A stretch of DNA of 64,000 nt from an uncultured Pelagibacteraceae bacterium (GTDB lineage: Bacteria; Pseudomonadota; Alphaproteobacteria; Pelagibacterales; Pelagibacteraceae), in the NCBI GenBank assembly GCA_902526595.1, contig CABZLO010000002.1, forward strand, positions 19,937 through 83,936. The letters are read 5' to 3'. How positions within the stretch are numbered: position 1 is the stretch's first letter; every line of letters starts with the position of its first letter. Position numbers and translations under genes: made by a program. Below are positions 29,501 to 37,083 of this stretch, one piece after another. The notes beneath the pieces were generated by a model. The model searched no databases. It saw nothing but the letters and a program-made list of their open reading frames with translations, and was not told the DNA's origin.

Positions 29501-29658
29501 AAGGATCTAGATTGGCTGTTGGAGGAACTATTCTTGGAGGAATGATTATTTCAACTTTCTTTACATTATATGTTACACCTACTATGTACTTAGCATTAGC
29601 AAAAAATACAAAACGTATTGATGTGGTAGATATAGAACTTAAAAAACAATTAAATTAA
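26536..29658 (+). CDS. RND efflux transporter permease (AcrB/AcrD/AcrF family)
   Basis: 1040 aa; IKRPV, GIITDDSV (TM4), GISTKNSIL (TM10), RIRPIIMTS (TM11). Confidence 0.96.
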   Translation: MFITEVSIKRPVVAWVMSLILIIFGIFVFAELPVRELPDGIQPPIVQVQTEYKSASAEIVDEEITQKIEDVIGGAEGIKNIDSSSLSGRSRINIQFNTDIDLDDAANDIRERVSRVVDNLPSESSPPQILKQAAGFTTTMWVGLSSPTWSDLELGDYAERYLIDAFSSVPNVGRIRVGGLRELSVRVWIDPIKLAANNLTIQEVERAFRNENINLPAGTLEASNKDLTLNIDKSYSNIDSIKQLPLKKDKNKVIILSDVANVELGPVSEKTLFKAQRKNAVNLKTVGIGIYAKSGASTVELSNQIKAKINELNKSLPDGLKLEVAFNRATYVGAAIEEVYKSLIIAFILVVLIIYLFLGNLKAVIVPAIALPVSLIGSFLGLYLFDLSINIFVLLSFILAIGIITDDSVIMTDAIYTRIENGETPLVAAYKGSKQITFAIIATTLILVAVFLPLIFIKGISGTLFKETAIALSFSIVVSSFVALTLSPMLGSKFLNKKEKINFFVKKFNNGFKSFTGFYIDTLKYWINRQKTISAFIILIIVASIFLFDFSKKELIPTEDRGVYLIIGSTDEGSSFEYTQEKAQIIENRIIKLLQAKDSPYERVIMRVPGFGKSATTYNTFIIIALLDEWKYRDKSSQTVLREAIGQVVSVPETFAFPISPQAIRVSSYNKPVQMVIYGSSYEELEEIQKNVLRELRKNRNMSRIESDYTKNKPEVKLITNKNRANDLGVSTENIGRTLETLYGGKRVTTFSKEGREYPIILQQYLADRRDKDGLSKIFVRSETTGKLVSVASLVEFKEKGTAEVLPRYNRQRAVTISAALSEEYTLSEAINYLEKVMIKVAPENQITWKGKSEELKETTNEIYLIFALALITAYLVMAATFNSFVHPFIIILTVPLAVFGGLVFILFLNSSINIFSQIALIILIGISTKNSILIVDYINQIRTTGVKLQDAILKACQLRIRPIIMTSLSTMIAMLPLVIGNIGPGAGEGSRLAVGGTILGGMIISTFFTLYVTPTMYLALAKNTKRIDVVDIELKKQLN

Positions 29659-30254
29659 AAAATAATATATTTATTTGTAGATAAAGTATTCTTACAATCA
29701 GTTAATTGCTTCTTGTAAATATTTGACTGTTTTTCTACTTTCTTTGCTAAATTAATAACTTTCTTATTACTTTTGTAATTTTTATAATTTCCCCACCCCT
29801 CGTGATAAGCAATATACTGCTTGAAAGCGTCTTGTTTTGAAACTTTTAAAATTTTTTCAGTTTTTGTCGTGTACCAACCAATGAAATCAACACTATCTTT
29901 AAATCTTGTTCTGGTTGCAAACTTATTTCCTGTTTCAGTTTTATATTGCTTCCATGTTCCTTTGACCGCCTGAGAATAGCCAAATGAACTTGAAGGTCTT
30001 TTATAAGGAACTATTTTAAAAAGCTTTTGTCGTGGTGGCTTTGCAAGCCAATCAAAACTGGACTCCATTTTTATAATCGCAAGCTGAAGGTATATAGGCG
30101 TTCCCCACTTTTGCTCTGATTTTTTTGCATGTTTATACCATAAATACCTTTCGTCAAATATTGAACAACTATCAGATGTGTTTGAAGGTATTGAAGAGCA
30201 ACTATTAATTAAAAAAAGAAAAATTAATAGGAACTTAATTTTTAAGATTTTCAT
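29655..30254 (-). CDS. Lipoprotein with a lytic transglycosylase (SLT-like) domain
   Basis: Lipobox INSC; AIIKMESSF (catalytic Glu), SSFGYSQA, YIAYHEG. Confidence 0.85.
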   Translation of the reverse strand: MKILKIKFLLIFLFLINSCSSIPSNTSDSCSIFDERYLWYKHAKKSEQKWGTPIYLQLAIIKMESSFDWLAKPPRQKLFKIVPYKRPSSSFGYSQAVKGTWKQYKTETGNKFATRTRFKDSVDFIGWYTTKTEKILKVSKQDAFKQYIAYHEGWGNYKNYKSNKKVINLAKKVEKQSNIYKKQLTDCKNTLSTNKYIIF

Positions 30255-30654
30255 ATTTTTTTAATAAATTAAAAACTATTATCACAACCATTACACCAGC
30301 TAGATTTCCAAATAAATCCGAAAGCTCAAAACTTCTTTCAGGTATAAAATTATGAAATAATTCAAGAAAAATAGAGATTACTATCAAATACACACTTAAA
30401 TATTTAAGTTTTTTAGAATTTTTAAAAGTTAAAAAACCAATCATAGATAAAACTCCAAAAGCATACAGATGATTTGATGAAATTATATAATCACGGGTAA
30501 TTTGGGGTTGCAATTTACAATCATCATATAAATAACATCCAATTAAACTACCTGGGAATAAATATAATAAAATTAATATAAAATTGCTTAAGTAAAAAAT
30601 AATTTTATATTTTGAAAAAAAATTAAACATAAATAGTGTAGTTTTATTTATCAA
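30235..30654 (-). CDS. VanZ-like membrane protein
   Basis: NHLYAF, LELFHNFIPERSFELSDLFGNLAG. The start may be the second Met (MFNFF). Confidence 0.75.
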   Translation of the reverse strand: MINKTTLFMFNFFSKYKIIFYLSNFILILLYLFPGSLIGCYLYDDCKLQPQITRDYIISSNHLYAFGVLSMIGFLTFKNSKKLKYLSVYLIVISIFLELFHNFIPERSFELSDLFGNLAGVMVVIIVFNLLKKYENLKN

Positions 30655-30675
30655 ATTATTCTAAAAGATAAACAA

Positions 30676-31389
30676 ATGAGTTATTTAATACTTATAAGAC
30701 ATGGTCAAAGTGTATGGAATCTTGAAAATAGATTTACTGGATGGGTAGATGTTGACTTAAATGAAAATGGAAAAGCTCAAGCAAATAAAGCAGGTGAACT
30801 CATCAAAGAGAAACAAATTAATATTGATCTATATTACTCATCATTTCAATTAAGAGCTAAAAATACTATGAAAATTATCCAAGAAAAATTAAATGATTAT
30901 AAAAATTCTAAAACAGCTTGGCAACTCAACGAAAGACATTATGGATCTCTTACAGGTTTAAATAAAGATGAAATGAAACAAAAGCTTGGGGAAGATAAAG
31001 TTCATCAATTTAGACGATCCTGGGATTTAAGACCTGATCCACTAGACAAAAGTAGCTCTTATCATCCATTAAATATAGATACGTATAAAGATATACCAGT
31101 TGACAAAGTTCCAGATACTGAATCTTTAAAAGATACTTATGAAAGAGTTATTAAATTTTATAATGAAGAGATTGAGACCAATTTCAAAAATAAAAATATT
31201 TTAATTTCTGCACATGGAAATTCTATAAGGGCTCTCTGTAAATATCTTTTTAACTTAGACAATAATGAAATTTCAAAATTAGAAATACCAACTGGTAATC
31301 CTTTGCTTATGAAATTTGATAAAAATAACAAATTAATAAATTGTGAATATCTTGATTCTGAAAGAGCTAAAGATCTTTTAGTTTATTAA
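30676..31389 (+). CDS. gpmA: 2,3-bisphosphoglycerate-dependent phosphoglycerate mutase
   Basis: RHGQSVWN..NRFTGW, LNERHYG, AHGNSIRAL, IPTG. Confidence 0.96.
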   Translation: MSYLILIRHGQSVWNLENRFTGWVDVDLNENGKAQANKAGELIKEKQINIDLYYSSFQLRAKNTMKIIQEKLNDYKNSKTAWQLNERHYGSLTGLNKDEMKQKLGEDKVHQFRRSWDLRPDPLDKSSSYHPLNIDTYKDIPVDKVPDTESLKDTYERVIKFYNEEIETNFKNKNILISAHGNSIRALCKYLFNLDNNEISKLEIPTGNPLLMKFDKNNKLINCEYLDSERAKDLLVY

Positions 31390-32056
31390 AAATCTTTAAA
31401 TCTGTTAAATGATAAAATCTCTTTTTGCTTTCAAACCCATATAATTTCTTATCATTTATTAATTTGTCCCAAATATTTAAAATTGAAAATTTACTTAATG
31501 TTTGATTCATTAAAATTTTTTTATTTAAAATTTGGCAACCAATATAAATAAAATCTAAGTTATCTTTTTTTGAGATTAAATTATTTGAAAGATTAAAATC
31601 TCCTCTAAAATTTTGATCGAAACTTAAGTTTTTATTTACTAATAGAAGAATATTTTCTATTTTTTTTGAAAAATAAACTTCCTCCATTTTTATAATTTCG
31701 TCCCGATATTCATTTGACCAAATTGTATCTGGATTAAAGACCATAAAATCATCTTCGATAGAATTACTGGTCATATTCAATATACCACCTCCAGTATCTA
31801 GAATACTTTCTCCATCTTCAACAATACTAATATCTATATCAAAATTTTTATTTTTAATAAAATTTGAAAAATGTTCTTTAAGGTAAAAAGTGTTAATAAA
31901 AATTTTATTAATACCTATTTCTTTAATCAAGTTTATACTTTTCTCAAGCATAGTAACTTCATTTATTTCAAGCAATGGTTTAGGTTTTGTTAAAGTAATT
32001 GGATTTAGACGTTTTCCAAGACCAGCACATAAAATTAAAGCAGTATTTATTTTCAC
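31367..32056 (-). CDS. murU: MurU-like N-acetylmuramate alpha-1-phosphate uridylyltransferase
   Basis: ALILCAGLGKRL.P.T...PKPL, LDTGGG; directly downstream of amgK. Confidence 0.78.
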   Translation of the reverse strand: MKINTALILCAGLGKRLNPITLTKPKPLLEINEVTMLEKSINLIKEIGINKIFINTFYLKEHFSNFIKNKNFDIDISIVEDGESILDTGGGILNMTSNSIEDDFMVFNPDTIWSNEYRDEIIKMEEVYFSKKIENILLLVNKNLSFDQNFRGDFNLSNNLISKKDNLDFIYIGCQILNKKILMNQTLSKFSILNIWDKLINDKKLYGFESKKRFYHLTDLKIFNKLKDL

Positions 32057-32060
32057 AATT

Positions 32061-33005
32061 TTATTTAATAAATTTTGGGAAGTTACTTTTTAGTATTAAT
32101 TTTAAACCAAAAAGTTTCCTATTTTTTTTCATTCTATAATTAATCATTTCCCAAGCGTAAGGTACCATTTTTTTGTATTTTTTTTTATTATCTCTTGTCG
32201 CTAAACGCATAAAAATTCCTATGATCTTTAGATTCCTTAGAACAGATAAAATTTCAAAGTCGTTTATAAATTTATTAATTTCATTTTTTTTTAGATTCTT
32301 AAAGTGATTATTTAAAATTTTATTTTTAAAATTATTAGATGTTTTAAATCTAACATCATCAATAAGCGAAGCTAAATCGTAGGCTTTATTTCCAATTAAC
32401 GCATCTTGGCTATCAATCACTGCAATATTATTTTTTACATACATTAAATTTGATACGTGGAAGTCTCTGTGAACAAAAGTATCGTTTTTTAAATTCAATT
32501 TTAATAGCAACTTTTTCACCTGATTTTCATATTTTTTTTTAAAATTTCTAATCTTAAACTTGTTTATTTTTTTAGGTACATACCATTCAGAAAACAACTT
32601 TGCTTCATCCAATAAAGTTTTATTATTGTACTTCAGAACTTTATATTTCTGACCATAAAAATTTATGACCTGTTTATCTTTAATTAATTGTAATTTGCTC
32701 AAAGTTTTTAATATTTTTCTGAAAATTTGCTCTTTGTTAGTTTTATTGTGTTTCAATACTTTGAATAAAGTATTATCTCCAAAATCTTCAACCTCAATAT
32801 AATTATTTCTATAATTTTGATTTAATAGCTTTGGTGCTAAAATTTTGTTTTTAATCAATATTTTATTAATAGAATCATAGATTAGAAGGTTTTTAATTTT
32901 TTCTTTTTTGGCGTAAACCACAATTGAATGATCATTCTTATTTCTATAGAATTTTCGAAAGGATGCGTCGCCCTTAATTTCTTTTAATTCTTTAAAATTT
33001 AGCAT
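32061..33005 (-). CDS. amgK: AmgK-like anomeric MurNAc/GlcNAc kinase (APH/kinase fold)
   Basis: GDASFRKFYR, EDFGD, HRDFHVSNLM, IDSQDA, YDLASL, LKIIGIF.RL. Confidence 0.85.
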   Translation of the reverse strand: MLNFKELKEIKGDASFRKFYRNKNDHSIVVYAKKEKIKNLLIYDSINKILIKNKILAPKLLNQNYRNNYIEVEDFGDNTLFKVLKHNKTNKEQIFRKILKTLSKLQLIKDKQVINFYGQKYKVLKYNNKTLLDEAKLFSEWYVPKKINKFKIRNFKKKYENQVKKLLLKLNLKNDTFVHRDFHVSNLMYVKNNIAVIDSQDALIGNKAYDLASLIDDVRFKTSNNFKNKILNNHFKNLKKNEINKFINDFEILSVLRNLKIIGIFMRLATRDNKKKYKKMVPYAWEMINYRMKKNRKLFGLKLILKSNFPKFIK

Positions 33006-33006
33006 T

Positions 33007-33471
33007 TTATTGAAATAAATTTAAACCTTTTATCTGAACTGTTCTATTTTTTAGTTCATTTTCGTATGTAAATAATAAATCTATTTTTTTTGCTTTATTA
33101 GTATTTTTAATTAATTGAGGCCACTCTATTAAGGTAATAATTTTTTCATTTCTTTCAAAAATATCAAGATTTTTAATTTCTGAACTGTTTTTTATCCTAA
33201 ACAAATCGTAATGTTTAATGATAAAATTATTAGTTTCGTACTCATTAAGTAAATTGAATGTGGGACTAGTAACCTCTGTAGGTTTTAGTTTTTCATCAGT
33301 CTGAAACTTATTAATAAAATATTTTACAAAAGTTGTCTTTCCTACACCCATCTCACCATACAAAAAAACATATTCACCCCCTCTGAAATATGAGGTTAAT
33401 TTTTTCGCTAATTCTCTTGTAGACTTCTCTGAGGTGATATCAATTTTGCTATCTTTAATAGCGGTATGCAT
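33007..33471 (-). CDS. tsaE: tRNA threonylcarbamoyladenosine biosynthesis ATPase TsaE
   Basis: [26 protein letters not shown]. Start MHTAIK at 33471. Confidence 0.95.
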   Translation of the reverse strand: MHTAIKDSKIDITSEKSTRELAKKLTSYFRGGEYVFLYGEMGVGKTTFVKYFINKFQTDEKLKPTEVTSPTFNLLNEYETNNFIIKHYDLFRIKNSSEIKNLDIFERNEKIITLIEWPQLIKNTNKAKKIDLLFTYENELKNRTVQIKGLNLFQ

Positions 33472-34741
33472 CTGGTTTAAAAGGACCTTCTGTTCCCACA
33501 CTTATATAATCTGCTTGATCTTTAGATAGTTTAGTTAGTTTAGCACCAACTTTTTTAAGGTGTAATGTGGCAACTTTTTCATCCAAATGCTTTGGTAATA
33601 CATAAACTTTATTTTCATAATTTTTATGATTATGCCAAAGTTCTATCTGCGCAATTACCTGATTAGTAAAAGATGCGCTCATAACAAAACTAGGATGTCC
33701 AGTTGCACAACCTAAATTTACTAATCTTCCCTCTGCTAATAAAATAATTCTTTTACCACCAGGAAGTTCTATTTCGTGAACTTGAGGTTTAACTTCAGTC
33801 CACTTATAGTTTTTTAAAGCTTCAACTTGTATTTCATTATCAAAGTGACCAATATTACATAATATTGCTCTATCTTTCATTTCTCGCATGTGGTCTGCTG
33901 TAACAATATCTTTATTTCCTGTTGCAGTTACAACTATATCTGCTCTACTTATAGCTTCATCCATTAAAACAACCTCGTAACCTTCCATCGCTGCTTGAAG
34001 AGCACAAATTGGATCTGCTTCTGTAACCAATACTCTTGCTCCACTTTGTCTCAAAGATGCAGCGCTTCCTTTTCCAACGTCTCCAAAGCCAGCAACAATT
34101 GCAATTTTACCTGACATCATTACATCAGTTGCTCGTCTTATGCCATCAACCAAACTTTCTCTACAGCCATATAAATTATCAAATTTTGATTTAGTTACTG
34201 AGTCATTCACATTTATAGCTGGAACTAAGAGAGATTTATCTTTTTCCATTTTATTAAGTGCTTTAATTCCAGTTGTTGTTTCCTCTGAAACACCTTTAAC
34301 ATTTTTCATCAACTCTTTATATTCATTATGCATTATCGCTGTTAGGTCACCACCATCATCTAATAACATATTTGGTCTCCAATCAGATTTACCTACAATA
34401 GTCTGTTTAATGCACCATAAGTATTCCTCTTCAGTTTCACCTTTCCAGGCATAGACAGGAATACCTACTTTAGCAATAGCAGCAGCAGCATGATCTTGAG
34501 TTGAAAAAATATTACAAGATGACCATCTTACTTCGGCTCCTAAATCAACTAATGTTTCAATTAGTACAGCTGTTTGTATTGTCATATGTAAACAGCCAAT
34601 AATTTTAGCACCTGCAAGGGGTTTCTCTTTAGAATATTCCTCTCTTAAAGCCATTAATCCTGGCATTTCACTTTCTGCGATAGAAATTTCTTTTCTTCCA
34701 AAATCAGCTTGTGAAATATCTTTTACTTTATAATCTTCCAT
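33455..34741 (-). CDS. ahcY: Adenosylhomocysteinase
   Basis: [46 protein letters not shown]-terminal YRY. Confidence 0.99.
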   Translation of the reverse strand: MEDYKVKDISQADFGRKEISIAESEMPGLMALREEYSKEKPLAGAKIIGCLHMTIQTAVLIETLVDLGAEVRWSSCNIFSTQDHAAAAIAKVGIPVYAWKGETEEEYLWCIKQTIVGKSDWRPNMLLDDGGDLTAIMHNEYKELMKNVKGVSEETTTGIKALNKMEKDKSLLVPAINVNDSVTKSKFDNLYGCRESLVDGIRRATDVMMSGKIAIVAGFGDVGKGSAASLRQSGARVLVTEADPICALQAAMEGYEVVLMDEAISRADIVVTATGNKDIVTADHMREMKDRAILCNIGHFDNEIQVEALKNYKWTEVKPQVHEIELPGGKRIILLAEGRLVNLGCATGHPSFVMSASFTNQVIAQIELWHNHKNYENKVYVLPKHLDEKVATLHLKKVGAKLTKLSKDQADYISVGTEGPFKPDAYRY

Positions 34742-34748
34742 GGCAAGG

Positions 34749-34776
34749 TTTATAACGTTAAGTATTAATTTATCAA
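34749..34776 (-). promoter_or_regulatory. Putative sigma70 promoter of ahcY, possibly leaderless
   Basis: Minus strand TTGATA-N16-TATAAA, 7 nt before the ATG; no SD. Confidence 0.5.
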
Positions 34777-34783
34777 CATTAGA

Positions 34784-36325
34784 TTAAATCGTAGGAAATC
34801 TAATTTCTATCATAGCACCAACAGTATCAACTCGATTAGATGCTACAATTTCTCCATCATGTAAATCAACTAGATTTTTAACGATATTTAATCCTAGTCC
34901 TGAATGTTCTCCAAACTTATTAGGTCGATTACTATAAAATCTCTTAAATATTCTTGAGGTATCTTTTTCCTTAAACCCTTCTCCTTCGTCAAGTATTTTG
35001 ACTGAAACTTTATTTTCTGAAGTATCAGAAACATTAATTAAAATGCCGGAACCTTTTTTGCTAAATGATATAGAATTATCTAATAAATTTGCAATTATTT
35101 GCTCAATTCTGTTTTCTATACCCTTAATAAAATATTCTTTTTTTCCGTCATTTTCGTATCTTAAACTAATATCTTTTTTAACTTTATGGATATTGTTATA
35201 ATCATCTACAACTGATTGGATAATTGGTTCTATATTTATTCTTTTCATTTTTTCTTTACTCAAAGCAACTTCATCCTTTAACATTTGAGAGTAATCTGTA
35301 ATTAACCTTTCAATACGCTGAACATCATGGCTAAGAATATTTATTAGTTTCAGTCTTTGATCTTTATCATTTGTATCTTGTAAAATTTCTGACGCACCTT
35401 TTAAAGATGCTAAAGGATTTCTAATTTCATGAACAAGATCAGTAGAAAAATTTTCTGCATGTGTTACTCTTTTTTGTAACTCATTTGTCATGTCTTCAAG
35501 AGAAGTTGAAAGAAGACCTAATTCATCGTTTCTATTTTTTAAATTTTCAATGTTTGACTTCGTCTGATTTTTTTCTTTTATTAGTTTGGTATAATGAACT
35601 AAATTTTGAATTGGTTTAATAAAATATCTACTTAATACAAATGAAAAAATTAAAATTACGAATCCAACAGATATGGCAGTTCTAATTACAAAAGCTTTTC
35701 TCTCATCTGTTGCGGTTTTAATATCATTAGCAATCTCAGTTATTGCTAAATAACCTACATTTGACCCTTCTCTTTCAACATCTTTTATAGTTGTTAATTT
35801 AAATTGATTGTAATTTTCTTGAATGAAAGTGTATGGATTTCCAGATTTTTCAGATTTTGAGTAATCAGTCAAAATATCTTTCAAAGAGACTGGCTTTTCT
35901 TGATCTATATTAATATTTTTTTCTTCAATATTTTGATCATTTTTATCTTCACTTAAACTTTCAAATTCAATCTCTTCTATTCTTGTTGAGAATGATCTTG
36001 GATCAAGATCTAATGTATCAGTGTCTCCAATAAGATTTAAGTTACTATCAAAAAAAATTACTCTATCTAAATTTTGAAATATAAATCTTGTTGAAAATAG
36101 AAATTTTCTTATATCATCAGTATCAAATTTTATGTTTAATCTTGAAAGAGTGCCAGTAGTATTATTTATAATTTTTATATGATTTTCGGATTTTTTTTTT
36201 ACTAAGTTTGGTTGAATGTTGTTTAAATAAACTATTGTAAATAATCCAATAATTGTAAAGATAACAAAGTTAATAAATAAGAACTTTTTTAATATTGAAA
36301 GAGTTTTTAAGTATTTACTAAACAT
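34784..36325 (-). CDS. chvG: Sensor histidine kinase ChvG/ExoS
   Basis: Two TM segments, HAMP (RNDELG.L), HEIRNPL, N/G boxes, HSGLGL; follows chvI. Confidence 0.9.
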   Translation of the reverse strand: MFSKYLKTLSILKKFLFINFVIFTIIGLFTIVYLNNIQPNLVKKKSENHIKIINNTTGTLSRLNIKFDTDDIRKFLFSTRFIFQNLDRVIFFDSNLNLIGDTDTLDLDPRSFSTRIEEIEFESLSEDKNDQNIEEKNINIDQEKPVSLKDILTDYSKSEKSGNPYTFIQENYNQFKLTTIKDVEREGSNVGYLAITEIANDIKTATDERKAFVIRTAISVGFVILIFSFVLSRYFIKPIQNLVHYTKLIKEKNQTKSNIENLKNRNDELGLLSTSLEDMTNELQKRVTHAENFSTDLVHEIRNPLASLKGASEILQDTNDKDQRLKLINILSHDVQRIERLITDYSQMLKDEVALSKEKMKRINIEPIIQSVVDDYNNIHKVKKDISLRYENDGKKEYFIKGIENRIEQIIANLLDNSISFSKKGSGILINVSDTSENKVSVKILDEGEGFKEKDTSRIFKRFYSNRPNKFGEHSGLGLNIVKNLVDLHDGEIVASNRVDTVGAMIEIRFPTI

Positions 36326-37032
36326 CAGCTAACATTCCATCTATATCCACTACCATACCTAGTTTCAATAGCTGAAAAATTAGGGTCTACTTTTTTAAAT
36401 TTTTTACGAATTCTTTTAACATGACTGTCAATAGTTCTATCCTCTATATCTGTATCTTCCCTGTAAGCGATATCCATTAATTGAGCTCTTTCTTTTATTA
36501 TACCTGGTCTTTTTGCTAATTCTTTTACAATTAAAAATTCTGTTGTTGTTAGCTTATCTGGTAATGATTCTCCATTCCATTCACATTCAAGTTGAGAGGG
36601 ATCTAATTTTAATTTTCCATGAGAAATTAAACTTTTGTTTTCCTCCAAGATAGTTTTTGAGTCTTTTTTTCTTAATTGAACTCTAATTCTTTCAATTAAA
36701 ACTTTTATAGAAAAACCCCCAGATTTTTTTACAAAATCATCTGCACCCAATTTCAAGCCTAAAAGTTCATCAATTTCCTCATCTTTAGATGTTAAAAAAA
36801 TTACTGGCAAAGATGTTTTCTTTCTAAGTTTTTTTAATAATTCTTCTCCATCCATCTTTGGCATTTTGATATCAATAACTGCTAGATCAGGTGGCATTCT
36901 TGTTAATCCAATTAATGCACTCTCTCCGTCTATGTAAGTTTGCACCTTGAAACCCTCTTTCTCTAAAGCAATACTCAAGCTTGTGAGTATATTTCTATCA
37001 TCATCGATTAAAGCTATAGTTTGTTTCTGCAT
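36325..37032 (-). CDS. chvI: OmpR-family response regulator ChvI
   Basis: [51 protein letters not shown]. Confidence 0.93.
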   Translation of the reverse strand: MQKQTIALIDDDRNILTSLSIALEKEGFKVQTYIDGESALIGLTRMPPDLAVIDIKMPKMDGEELLKKLRKKTSLPVIFLTSKDEEIDELLGLKLGADDFVKKSGGFSIKVLIERIRVQLRKKDSKTILEENKSLISHGKLKLDPSQLECEWNGESLPDKLTTTEFLIVKELAKRPGIIKERAQLMDIAYREDTDIEDRTIDSHVKRIRKKFKKVDPNFSAIETRYGSGYRWNVS

Positions 37033-37083
37033 ATATTCATCTTAAAAATACTAAATTGTCCTAATTTGGGCAATGTTATTAAA

